Shown here piece after piece: positions 1-10,783 of a stretch of 24,000 bases of DNA. A program made the position numbers and the translations under genes. Location: contig CAWHAN010000013.1 of the NCBI GenBank assembly GCA_963827345.1, positions 114,972-138,971 on the forward strand. The letters are read 5' to 3'. The DNA is from an uncultured Acidimicrobiia bacterium. Its GTDB lineage: Bacteria; Actinomycetota; Acidimicrobiia; Acidimicrobiales; AC-14. Each line of letters starts with the position of its first letter. Position 1 is the first letter of the stretch. Below the pieces are notes generated by a model, which saw nothing but the letters and a program-made list of their open reading frames with translations, did no database searches and was not told where the DNA came from.

Positions 1-1216
1 CTCGCCCAGGAACCCGACGACGATCAGCCGCTCCGCCTGCTCCGGCGGGATGCCACGGCTCTCCAGGTAGTACCGCTGCTCCTCGTTGACCGGGCCGACG
101 GCCGAGGCGTGGCTGCACTTGACGTCCTCGGTGAGGATCTCGAGGTTGGGCACCGACTCCGCCGAGGCCCCCTCGGACAGAACCAGGTTGCGGTTCGTCT
201 GGAAGGCGTTCGTGCCCCGCGCCTCCTTCCGCACCCGGATCATCCCCGAGTACACCGACCGGCCGTGGTCCTGCACCGCCCCCTTGAAGAGGAGGTCGCT
301 GGTGGAGGACGGGGCGGCGTGGTCCTGGAGGGTGCGGAAGTCGTGCATGCGGTCGCCGTCGGCGAAGTAGACGGCGTTGAGCTGGGCCGATCCGCCCTTG
401 CCGTCGATGAGCGAGTCGGTTCGGACCCTGGCGTAGTCGCCGCCGAGGGCGACGACCGACGAGGTCAGGCTGGCGTCGCGACCGACCCGGCTGTTCTGGT
501 AGCCAACCTGGGAGACGCGGGGCCGAGTTGCTGCACGTTGACGTAGCGCAGCCGGCCGGCGTCGGACACGTCGATCTGCACGACCGGGTCGACGAGGGCG
601 CTGACGTCGGCCGACGCCTGGTGCTCGACGACGGTGACCTGGCTGTCGGCGCCGGCCCGCAGCACGGTGCGGGGGAAGGCGGCGGTGCCCTCGCCGTCGA
701 ACCAGTGCAGGACGATGACCGGGTTGTCCACGGTGACGCCCGGCGGGATCGACACGACTGCGGTGCCGCGCATGAATGCGGTGTTCAGCTCGGTGAAGGC
801 GTCGACACCGGTGTCGGTGGCGTCGAGGATGCCTTCCGCATCGGGAAGCTCCAGGGCGTCGCCCACGACCACGCCGCGCGCCGCCAGGGCAGGGTCGAGC
901 TCGCGGTGGACGATCCTGCCGTTGTGGACGACGAGCAGGCCGGCCCGGGGCCGGCCGCGGTGAGCACCTGCTCGAGGGCGGCCGGGAGGCTCGACGGCCC
1001 GACGCCGTTACTTGCTCCGTTGACGGGCGAGTAGGCATCGAGGTCGATCCGTGACACTCGGCTGTAGCGCCAGATCTCCTCGGCTTCGGTAGGCAGGCTG
1101 GTGGCGGCGAAACGTTCCGCGGCGGCCGCCCGGCGGGCCCGCAGCCAGGCGGGACCTTCCAGGGCGACGGCAGCGTCGGTCGTGAAGCGGCTCAAGGCAG
1201 CTCGATCGTCATGCAA
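1..1216 (-). pseudogene. sufD: Fe-S cluster assembly protein SufD (SufB/SufD family); C-terminus runs off the left window edge; reading frame broken twice
   Basis: Three minus-strand frames read as one continuous SufB/D-like protein. N-terminus (frame of ORF 785..1786): FTTDAAVALEGPAWLRARRAAAAERFAATSLPTEAEEIWRYSRVS. Middle (frame of ORF 465..872): LLVVHNGRIVHRELDPALAARGVVVGDAL...RLRYVNVQQLGP. C-terminal part (own translation of 1..~520): RVSQVGYQNSRVGRDASL...FKGAVQDHGRSVYSGMIRV...DVKCSHASAVGPVNEEQRYYLESRGIPPEQAERLIVVGFLGE. Frame changes lie near 938-950 and 517-525, both in G/C runs. The start is uncertain (TTG at 1216 or 1195). Confidence 0.8.
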
Positions 1217-1314
1217 CTCGAGGCAGGCGTCAGGAAACTCAAGGCAGGGGGGTCTTTCAGCAGTGATCCGGTGGTTGGAGCTGGGCGTGCGCGGGCACGC
1301 GTCTCGAACCGATG

Positions 1315-3411
<2,097 letters not shown>

Positions 3412-3449
3412 CCTCGGTGTCGACGGGCGCGGCGGGTACCGTCGACCGG

Positions 3450-3713
3450 ATGCAGCGTTCTCGACTGTGTGCGCGGCCGGGCTGTGGAGCCCCGGCGGCC
3501 GCCGCCCTCACCTTTCAGTACGGCAACCGCACCGTGTTCCTCGACGATCTGGGCGTCAACGAGCCCTTCTCGATCGACCTTTGCGGCGCCCACGCCGACC
3601 GCACGGCCCCGCCGATGGGCTGGACCGGCCACGACCGGCGGATGGCGTCGACGATGCGGTCGGCCGAGCGCGAGGAGTCGCCCGAACCGGCTCTCCGGGC
3701 CGAGGCGTCCTAG
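3450..3713 (+). CDS. DUF3499 domain-containing protein (conserved actinobacterial small protein)
   Basis: MQRSRLCARPGCGAPAAAALTFQYGNRTVFLDDL...DLCGAHADRTAPPMGW matches the RxCSRxGCGxPA...DLCxxHA...PxGW pattern I recall for DUF3499 (the Mycobacterium Rv3258c type), which normally sits next to manB. The ORF track starts at GTG 3417. ATG 3450 fits the family N-terminus better. Confidence 0.75.
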   Translation: MQRSRLCARPGCGAPAAAALTFQYGNRTVFLDDLGVNEPFSIDLCGAHADRTAPPMGWTGHDRRMASTMRSAEREESPEPALRAEAS

Positions 3714-3773
3714 CCTTCCGGGCCGAAGCGTCCTAGCCCTCCGGGCCGAGTGTCCTAGCCCTCCGGGGTAGCC
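3694..3773. repeat. 23-bp direct tandem repeat, 3 copies plus a partial fourth (tccgggccgaRgcgtcctagccY)
   Basis: R1 3694-3716 tccgggccgaggcgtcctagcct. R2 3717-3739 tccgggccgaagcgtcctagccc. R3 3740-3761 tccgggccgagtgtcctagccc (22 nt). Partial tccggggtagcc at 3762-3773. The DUF3499 stop codon (3711-3713) is the tag inside R1. The array ends about 45 bp upstream of the CPBP start. Confidence 0.9.
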
Positions 3774-3816
3774 GCTGAGCCCGACCGGGGCTCCGTCTCG
3801 CCATATCCTGCGTCCG

Positions 3817-4551
3817 GTGGAACCCCTGGACACGAACGGCGCCCCCGTCGGCATCCCCGTGCAGCCGCGGTGGGGGCTGGGCGACGCTGCCCTCGGGTTC
3901 GCCCTGGCCATCTTCCTGGCCACCGTGCTCGGCAGCCTGTGGCTGTCGGTGTTCGGGGGCGACGAGGACGGCCTCGGGGCCCGCACCGCCGGTCAGGTGG
4001 GGCTCTGGACCGGGCTCGTCGGCATCGCCCTGCTGGCCAGCCGGCGCAAGGGCTACGGCACCCTGGCCGAGGACTTCGGGTTCTCCGCCAAACCGTCCGA
4101 CCTCGGCATCGGGTTGGGCGCCGCCCTCGTCTCCTGGCTCCTGGTCGTGCCCCTCGTGGCCCTCGCCCTCCGACCGTTCTTCGGGCATCCCGACGTCTCC
4201 AAGCCGGTGAAGGACCTGGTCGACCAGGCCAGCGGCGCCAAGGCCCTCATCCTCGTCCTGGTGGCGGTGGTGTGCGCGCCACTCGTGGAGGAACTGTTCT
4301 TCCGGGGTCTGCTCCTGCGTTCGTTGCAGCGACGGCTCGGTACCGGGTGGGGGGTGGCCGTTTCGGCGGTGCTCTTCGGCCTCGCCCATCCCCAGCCCCT
4401 GGACACCGGCGCAGTCGTCATCGTCATGGCCGGGCTGACCGCCTTCGCCGTCGTCCTGGCCCTGCTGGCGGTGAAGACCGGCCGGCTGGGGGCGTCGATC
4501 GTCGCTCACGCGGCGTTCAACGCCATCAGCCTGCTGTTCGCCTACCGATAG
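3817..4551 (+). CDS. CPBP family intramembrane glutamic endopeptidase (CAAX protease/Abi family)
   Basis: 244-aa polytopic ORF carrying the family motifs EELFFRG, FGLAHP and HAAFN in consecutive TM helices. GTG start. Confidence 0.85.
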   Translation: MEPLDTNGAPVGIPVQPRWGLGDAALGFALAIFLATVLGSLWLSVFGGDEDGLGARTAGQVGLWTGLVGIALLASRRKGYGTLAEDFGFSAKPSDLGIGLGAALVSWLLVVPLVALALRPFFGHPDVSKPVKDLVDQASGAKALILVLVAVVCAPLVEELFFRGLLLRSLQRRLGTGWGVAVSAVLFGLAHPQPLDTGAVVIVMAGLTAFAVVLALLAVKTGRLGASIVAHAAFNAISLLFAYR

Positions 4552-4581
4552 CCGGCTCGCCCGGGCCGGCCCGCTCTTCGG

Positions 4582-5592
4582 CTAGAAGAACGGCTCCTCG
4601 AGGGTGGTGGTGACCTCGGGCTCGGTGGTCGGGGGATCGGTGGTCGGGGGCTCGCTCGTCGGCGGCGACGTCGTCGGCGCCTTGGTGGTGGTCGACGCCG
4701 GTGCCGGCGGCGGCTCGGGCGGCGGGACGATCCTTGCGCCCTTCGGCCCCGGGCCTTCGCCGACGAGGATCACCGGCGTACCCCTGTCCACCTGCTCGAA
4801 GAGCGTGGGCGCGGCGTACATGGGCACCCTGATGCACCCGTGGGACGCCGGGTAGCCCGGCACCGACGGCGACCCGTGGATGGCGATGCCGCCGTTGAAA
4901 TACATCGGCCACCACAGCTCGCCCAGCGGCGCGACCTCGAGCCCGGTGGCCTTGCGGCCGATGCGGAACGACCCCGGCGGGGTGACGGCCACGTCACAGT
5001 CGCCCTTCACGCAGTAGTGCTTCCCGTTCCCGCTGGAGATCGGCAGGATCCGGGCCAGCGATCCGCCCTTCCACAGGAACAGGACCTGCCGGTTCAGGTC
5101 GATCTCGACCCTCGTGCCTCCGGCACCTGTCATCGGCCCGGGCCGGCTGGCGTTGTCCAGGGCCTCCCTGACCTCGGCGTTGATGGTGCCGGTGCGCTCC
5201 AGGCCCTCGACCTTCTGGAAGGCCATGATCGAGTAGCCGGTGCGGCCACCGAGCCCGCCGTCGATGGTGCCGACGTCGTAGCCGAGCTCGGCCAGCCTCT
5301 TCTGCACGGCCCGGACGTCGTCCGACCCCTTGTCCTTCTCCTCTTCCTCTTCGTCGGCCGTGTCCTCGGTGGAGGGCGCGCTCTGGGGCTCGGTGGTTGT
5401 CGTCACGTCCGGTAGGGCGTCGAACACGGGCGGTAGGGGCAGCGTGCTGATCGGGCCCCGGGTGCTGCCCCGTTCGTCACCCGAGCCGCAGGCGGCGAGG
5501 AGGAAGACTGCGAGCGCGCCGAAGACAGTTCGTCGGACCGCCGCTCTGCTGTGTCCGCTTGCCATCCGGCTCGACTCCCGAGTGGGCGACAT
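4582..5592 (-). CDS. Lipoprotein L,D-transpeptidase with PG_binding_1 domain, YkuD catalytic domain and a Pro/Thr-rich C-terminal tail
   Basis: Signal peptide and lipobox (ALAVFLLAAC). Peptidoglycan-binding repeat VRAVQKRLAELGYDVGTIDGGLGGRTGYSIMAFQK. YkuD active site HGSPSVPGYPASHGCIRVP. Tail PPPEPPPAPASTTTKAPTTSPPTSEPPTTDPPTTEPEVTTT. An alternative start is Met10 (5565). Confidence 0.9.
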   Translation of the reverse strand: MSPTRESSRMASGHSRAAVRRTVFGALAVFLLAACGSGDERGSTRGPISTLPLPPVFDALPDVTTTTEPQSAPSTEDTADEEEEEKDKGSDDVRAVQKRLAELGYDVGTIDGGLGGRTGYSIMAFQKVEGLERTGTINAEVREALDNASRPGPMTGAGGTRVEIDLNRQVLFLWKGGSLARILPISSGNGKHYCVKGDCDVAVTPPGSFRIGRKATGLEVAPLGELWWPMYFNGGIAIHGSPSVPGYPASHGCIRVPMYAAPTLFEQVDRGTPVILVGEGPGPKGARIVPPPEPPPAPASTTTKAPTTSPPTSEPPTTDPPTTEPEVTTTLEEPFF

Positions 5593-5687
5593 CGTCGCAC
5601 AGTTCCTGGCGGATTTGCTTCAGGTCGGTCCTCGATCTGCCGATACGAAGGGAGCCTTGGGAGGGCAACAACAAAGGGAGTCCAGAG

Positions 5688-5855
5688 ATGACGTGTCCGT
5701 ACTGCCGTTCGCACAGCCTGGTCGAGATCGGAATGCGCCTCAACGGCGATCACGTGATGATGCACTCGTGCCCGTCGTGCGAGCGCCGGTGGTGGGACCG
5801 CGACGGCCAGAAGGTGGCCCTCCGCTCGGTTCTCGACCTCGTCGCCGCTCGCTGA
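5688..5855 (+). CDS. Small zinc-ribbon protein (CxxC...CxxC), function unknown
   Basis: MTCPYCRSHSLVEIGMRLNGDHVMMHSCPSCERRWWDRDGQKVALRSVLDLVAAR. ATG 5688 is preceded by aaagggag (5673-5680), a good RBS at about 7 nt. The upstream part of ORF 5559..5855 looks non-coding. Confidence 0.6.
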   Translation: MTCPYCRSHSLVEIGMRLNGDHVMMHSCPSCERRWWDRDGQKVALRSVLDLVAAR

Positions 5856-5864
5856 ACGAGCAGC

Positions 5865-6640
5865 TCAGGCCCCCGTCGCCCCGCACTTACGGGCGGCGTT
5901 GAGGCACTGCCGCACCAGCCTCGCCTGGGCGGCCGGGTCCCAGGCCTTGAAGAAGTCGGCGTGGGGGTCTCCGGGCCGCCCGACGACAGGGTCACGTCGG
6001 CACCGCCCACCCCGTCGGGTAGTGGACGCCGAGCCGGAGGTGGGGGACCGGGTGCGTGGCCCGGCGGGCGCCGCCGGGCGCCGCCGGATGCACCAGCGCC
6101 CGTGGACGCATAGGCCATGTGGCTGCGGTGGTCGGCGCTGTCGAGGTTGTGGCCGTCCCAGCAGTCGGGGAAGTGGATGCGCTGGACCACGTGCATCGGA
6201 TCCGGGCAGTCGGGCGGTGTCTCCTGCTCGGGACTGTCCTGTTTGCCGCCGATGCACGCCCACCCGACGACGCCGGCGTTGCGGGTCCGGTCGGGAACGG
6301 CTCGATCGACTTCGGGTCGCGGCCGGCCACCAGGTAGTAGGCGAGGACCCGCGTCGGACGTATGACGCCTCCGCCATCCGACAGCGTCGGGACCCAGTAG
6401 GCGGCTTTGTCCCCCGGCCGGTTGCACAGTGTCGAGCCTGCCTGTAGCGACTCCAGGGTGGACCCGGCGTCGGTCGTGGTGTTGGCGAAGAAGTCGTGGG
6501 CGTGGGACGCACCCGGCTGGCCCGGGTGGACGATCGGGTCGTCGGGCGCACCGTGGCTGTACCTGCACACGCTGACGAAGTTCCCGTTGGGTGCCGGTTT
6601 GGGCCGGGCCCCTGCCGGCCCGGGGAAATCGCCAGAAGAG
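5865..6640 (-). pseudogene. DUF1996 domain-containing protein, decayed (at least 4 frame changes)
   Basis: DUF1996-like sequence is spread over all three minus frames. Fragments in order: NGNFVSVCRYSHGAPDDPIVHPGQPGASHAHDFFAN...AAYWVPTL...IEPFPTG; then RNAGVVGWACIGGKQDSPEQETPPDCPDPMHVVQRIHFPDCWDGHNLDSADHRSHMAYAS; then ARRATHPVPHLRLGVHYPTG; then GGADVTLSSGGPET; then PHADFFKAWDPAAQARLVRQCLNAARKCG, followed by the stop at 5865. Frame switches lie near 6300, 6066-6085, 6010 and 5975. The N-terminus and start are not resolved. Confidence 0.75.
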
Positions 6641-6699
6641 CGGTGCCGGCGCCCGTCCGGCGACACGACCTCTCTACGGCGGGATGACAAGATGTCCAG

Positions 6700-9099
6700 A
6701 TGTCGGACGTGCGCCAGCAGGCGGCTCGCGCCACGCGGCCCACGCCGCCGGTGGTCGAGGACGTCAAGGCCTGGCTGTCCAGGATCTCCCCGGAGACGAT
6801 CATCACCCTCGGCGTGGTCGGGGCGGCGATGCTGTTCGTGCTCCTCCAGCTCCAGCCGTCGTTGCTGCTCACCAACACGACGCCGGCCGGCGGCGACACC
6901 GGCGCCCACGTGTGGGGCCCCGACTACCTGCGCCACCACCTCCTGCCCAACGGACGCATCACCGGCTGGGCGCCCGACTGGTACGACGGCTTCCCCGCCT
7001 ACCACTTCTACTTCCCGCTCCCCGCCCTGATGGTCGTGGCGCTCGACCTGCTCCTTCCCTACGGCGTCGCCCTCAAGCTGATCACCGTCCTCGGGGTGGT
7101 CACCCTGCCGCTGGCCGCCTACGCCTTCGGGCGCCTGGCCGGCATGCGCTTCCCGGGGCCGCCCCTGCTGGCAGTGGTGGCGGTGCCGTTCCTCTTCGAC
7201 CGGTCGTTCACGATCTACGGGGGGAACATCGCGTCGACGCTGGCCGGCGAGTTCTCCTTCTCGATCAGCCTGTCGTTCGCCCTGCTCTTCCTCGGAGTGG
7301 TGGCCCGTGGCCTCGACACCGGCAGGAACCGGACGCTCGCGGGCGTGCTCCTGGCCGTCACCGGGCTGTGCCACCTCCTGCCGACGATCTTCGCCGTCGT
7401 CGGGGCCGTGCTGCTCCTCATGCTGCGGCCGGGCAAGTCGAGGCTGAAGTTCCTCGCCGGCATCCTGCTGCTGGGGCTCCTCCTGGCCGGCTTCTGGTCG
7501 TTCCCGTTCCTGATGCGCCTGCAGTACGCCAACAACATGGGCTGGGAGAAGCTCACCGAGTACAGCAAGAACCTGTTCCCCACCAGCATGCGGTGGTGGT
7601 TGCCCATCCTGGCCGCCACGGGGGCGGTTTGCGCCCTCGTCTACCGGCGACGGGTCGGCCTGTTCCTCGTCGGCATGGCCGCCATCTCCGGCGCCCTGTT
7701 CATCGTCGCCCCTCCCGGCCGGCTGTGGAACGCCAGGGTCCTGCCCTTCTGGTACCTGTGCCTGTACCTGCTGGCCGGCGTGGCCCTGGCCGAGATCGGC
7801 CCCGCCCTCGGCCGGGTGTTCGCACGCGACCCCGACCGTCCATCGTCGTTCGCGGCGAGGTTCACGCCCATCGCCGGGGCACTGGCCGTCTGGATGTTCG
7901 TGGGCCTTCCCCTCGGCGTGCTGCCGAGCTGGCTGCCCAAGCCGGCCACCGCCGACAGCAGCTACATCGACGACTGGGCCAAGTGGAACTACTCGGGTTA
8001 CGAGCGCAAGGAGGCTTGGCCCGAGTACGACAAGGTCGTCGACATGATGAGGCAGGTCGGCCAGACCAACGGCTGCGGGCGCACCCACTGGGAGTACGAG
8101 TCGGGCCAGGACCGCTTCGGCACGCCGATGGCCCTCATGCTCCTGCCCTTCTGGACCGACGGCTGCATCGGGTCGATGGAGGGCCTCTACTTCGAGTCCT
8201 CGGCGTCGGTGCCGTACCACTTCCTCACCGCCGCCGAGCTGTCCAAGGCGCCGTCCAACCCCCAGCGCGACCTGCCCTACACCAGCCTCGACGTGGAGGC
8301 CGGCGTCCGCCACCTCCAGATGATGGGCACCCGCTACTACCTGGTCTTCTCGCCCGAGGCGACGGAGCAGGCCGAGAGGAGCCCGAACCTCGACCTGGTG
8401 TCGGTGGCCGACAACTGGCGGGTGTACCAGGTCAAGGACTCCGAGATCGTCTCCCCGCTGGCCTTCCAGCCGGCCGTGCTCAGCGGCGGCGGCAAGGGCG
8501 AGCGGGGCTGGCTCGACGTGTCCGCCCAGTGGTACATGGATCCCGAGAGCCACGACGTCCCGCTGGCCCAGTCCGGCCCGAAGGAGTGGCAGCGCGTCAA
8601 GGTCAACTCGGTGCCCACGGACTCCAAGGTGTTCGGCACCGACGTCTCCGTCGACCAACCGGAGCGCATCCCCGTCGAGCCGGTCACCGTCAGCAACATC
8701 AGGACCTCCGACAACCGGATCAGCTTCGACGTGGACAAGGTGGGCTCGCCCGTGCTGGTGAAGGCCTCCTACTTCCCCAACTGGAAGGCCTGGGGTGCCG
8801 AGGGCCCGTGGCGGGTGACACCGAACCTCATGGTGGTGATCCCGAACTCCACCCACGTCACCATCAAGTACGGCTGGACCACGCCCGACGTCATCGGCTG
8901 GCTGATGAGCCTTTCGGGCATCGCCCTGGCCGTGATCTGGGCCCGGCGGGGCCGCGTCGTGCTCGATCCGCCGGCGCAGGAGACCGACCTGGACCAACCG
9001 GCGTCGGACGAGGATGGCCCCCTGGACGGTGAAGCCATCGAACCCGTCCCCCAGTGGGTCGCGCAGGAGTCGTTGCCCGTCGCAGACCGCGGCGGCTGA
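6700..9099 (+). CDS. Large polytopic membrane protein with C-terminal extracytoplasmic domain; GT-C-like (putative glycosyltransferase or polymer-modifying enzyme), family not firmly identified
   Basis: Intact 799-aa ORF starting at ATG 6700. It has about 11-13 hydrophobic helices in the first ~410 aa and a conserved-looking first loop (GGDTGAHVWGPDYLRHHLLPNGRITGWAPDWYDGFPAYHFYFP). A ~330-aa soluble domain and a terminal TM helix (VIGWLMSLSGIALAVIW) follow. The architecture resembles YfhO / PTPS-related / GT-C membrane proteins. The functional call is inference only. Confidence 0.7.
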   Translation: MSDVRQQAARATRPTPPVVEDVKAWLSRISPETIITLGVVGAAMLFVLLQLQPSLLLTNTTPAGGDTGAHVWGPDYLRHHLLPNGRITGWAPDWYDGFPAYHFYFPLPALMVVALDLLLPYGVALKLITVLGVVTLPLAAYAFGRLAGMRFPGPPLLAVVAVPFLFDRSFTIYGGNIASTLAGEFSFSISLSFALLFLGVVARGLDTGRNRTLAGVLLAVTGLCHLLPTIFAVVGAVLLLMLRPGKSRLKFLAGILLLGLLLAGFWSFPFLMRLQYANNMGWEKLTEYSKNLFPTSMRWWLPILAATGAVCALVYRRRVGLFLVGMAAISGALFIVAPPGRLWNARVLPFWYLCLYLLAGVALAEIGPALGRVFARDPDRPSSFAARFTPIAGALAVWMFVGLPLGVLPSWLPKPATADSSYIDDWAKWNYSGYERKEAWPEYDKVVDMMRQVGQTNGCGRTHWEYESGQDRFGTPMALMLLPFWTDGCIGSMEGLYFESSASVPYHFLTAAELSKAPSNPQRDLPYTSLDVEAGVRHLQMMGTRYYLVFSPEATEQAERSPNLDLVSVADNWRVYQVKDSEIVSPLAFQPAVLSGGGKGERGWLDVSAQWYMDPESHDVPLAQSGPKEWQRVKVNSVPTDSKVFGTDVSVDQPERIPVEPVTVSNIRTSDNRISFDVDKVGSPVLVKASYFPNWKAWGAEGPWRVTPNLMVVIPNSTHVTIKYGWTTPDVIGWLMSLSGIALAVIWARRGRVVLDPPAQETDLDQPASDEDGPLDGEAIEPVPQWVAQESLPVADRGG

Positions 9100-9231
9100 C
9101 CCTGCCGGTCGGATCCCGACCCCTTTGACCCTCGACGACCTGCGCGCTCCGGCCCCGCCCGACGCCCCCCCGCCGCGACCCCTGCCGATCCTGGGGCCGC
9201 ACCCGTTGCCGCCCGTCCGGCCGGTCGGGCG

Positions 9232-10756
9232 GTGGTGGTGGCCGTCGGGATCGCCCTCGCCGTGGCGGTGGTCGCCCGGTTCGCCACGGTGGCCCACCTG
9301 TGGCTCGACGAGGCCCTCACCGTCAACATCGCCCGGTTGCCGCTCGGAGACCTCAGCCAGGCCCTCCGCCACGACGGCTCGCCTCCCCTCTACTACCTCG
9401 CCCTCCACGCCTGGATGGCCGTCTTCGGCGACGGCGACGTGGCCGTGCGGGCGTTCTCGGGGGTGCTGGCCGTGGCCGCGCTGCCCCTCGCCTGGCTCGT
9501 CGGCCGCCGCCTGGGCGGGCGCCCGGCGGCGTGGGGCGCGCTCCTGCTCCTCGCCTCGTCGCCGTTCGCCATCCGCTACGCCACCGAGGCCCGGATGTAC
9601 TCGCTCATCATCGTCCTGGTGCTGGGCGGCTTCCTTGCCATCGACACGGTCGTCGAGCGGCGCCCCCGCTCGCTGGTCGCGTCGATCGCGCTCGGGGCCG
9701 TCACCGGCGCCCTGCTGCTGACCCACTACTGGTCGTTCTTCCTGGTCGCGGCCGTTGTCGGGTCCCTCGTCGTGGCCGTGGTGCGGGCCCGTCGACGGGG
9801 AAACGGGGAGCGCGCCGCCGGCGCCGTCCGGGCTCTGCTGGCCATCGCCATCGGGTCGCTGGCCTTCCTGCCGTGGATCCCCGCCTTCCTCTACCAGGCG
9901 GCCAACACGGGCACGCCGTGGGGCCGACTGCCCCCGCCCCGGGTGCCCTTCGACGTGGTGTTCCAATTCGCGGCGGCTCAGCCCGACCTGGCCTTGCCGC
10001 TGGGCCTGCTGCTCTACGCCCTCGTCGTCCTGGGCATCTTCGGCCGACCGGCGGTGGCCGGAGTGGTGGGACTCGACCTGCGCGGCCGGCCACCCGGCCA
10101 GGCCCTCACCATGGTCGCGGTCGCCACCCTCGTCATCGGCGTGGCCGCCGGACGCCTCACCGGGGCCGCCTTCGCCGTCCGCTACGCAGCCGTCGTCTTC
10201 CCCCTGGTCGTCCTGATCGCCGGCCTCGGCTGCGCCGTCCTGGCCCCGAGCCGCGCCGGGCCGTGGGCCCTCGGGCTGGCGATCGTGCTCGGTTTCGCGG
10301 CATCGATCCCCTTCGCCGCCGGCGACCGCACGTCGGCCGGCGTGGTGGCCGAGGTGCTGCGGGCCAGGCCAGCCGGGCGACGTGGTGGCCTACTGCCCCG
10401 ACCAGCTCGGGCCGGGCGTGAGCCGGCTGCTCGCCGACACCCCGGGAGGAGCCGGAGACGGCCTCGTCCAGGTCACCTATCCCCGGGGCACGCCGCCCCA
10501 GTTCGTGGACTGGGTCGGCTACGAGGAGGCGGTGAAGGCGGCCGAGCCCGTCGATTTCGCCCGTATGCTGCTCGAGCGAGCCGGCCCCGACCACGACGTG
10601 TGGGTGGTGTGGGCGCCCAGCTACCGCACCTTCGGTGTGAAGTGCCAGCTCATGATGGACGAGCTGAGGCGGGTGCGAGGCGTCGACCTCCGGCCGGTGA
10701 AGGTTTCGACGAAGAACTTCGAGCGCCCGGGCTTGGCCCTCTACCCGCACGGATAG
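9232..10756 (+). pseudogene. Glycosyltransferase family 39/83-like (PMT_2 / ArnT-type GT-C) membrane protein, one frame change
   Basis: N-terminal LWLDEALTVNIARLP (the loop-1 DE motif typical of GT-C) and VRAFSGVLAVAALPLAWLVGRRLGG (PMT_2-like), followed by many TM helices. After ...GVVAEVLRA (about 10363-10370) the sensible sequence continues in the frame of ORF 10382..10756: QPGDVVAYCPDQLGPGVSRLL...VWVVWAPSYRTFGVKC...ALYPHG stop. This is consistent with a 1-nt insertion or 2-nt deletion. Confidence 0.75.
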
Positions 10757-10783
10757 GGTCGACGCCGACAAAGGAGCAGATCG

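Noticed and set aside
1283-1302. Short palindrome gcgtgc/gcacgc between ftsH and sufD, considered as a terminator or operator
   Set aside because: It has only a 6-bp stem in GC-rich DNA and no U-tract or recognisable operator pattern, which is within chance expectation.
3694-3773. Tandem repeats here and at 14372-14427 considered as a CRISPR array
   Set aside because: The units are directly abutting with no spacers, number only about 3 copies, and have no cas genes nearby.
5992-9966. 1324-aa minus-strand ORF, the longest in the track
   Set aside because: It lies opposite the intact 799-aa membrane protein and the GT39-like gene. Its composition is Arg/Gly/Pro/Asp-rich nonsense. Only its last ~600 nt (below about 6640) carries real coding signal, which belongs to the decayed DUF1996 gene.
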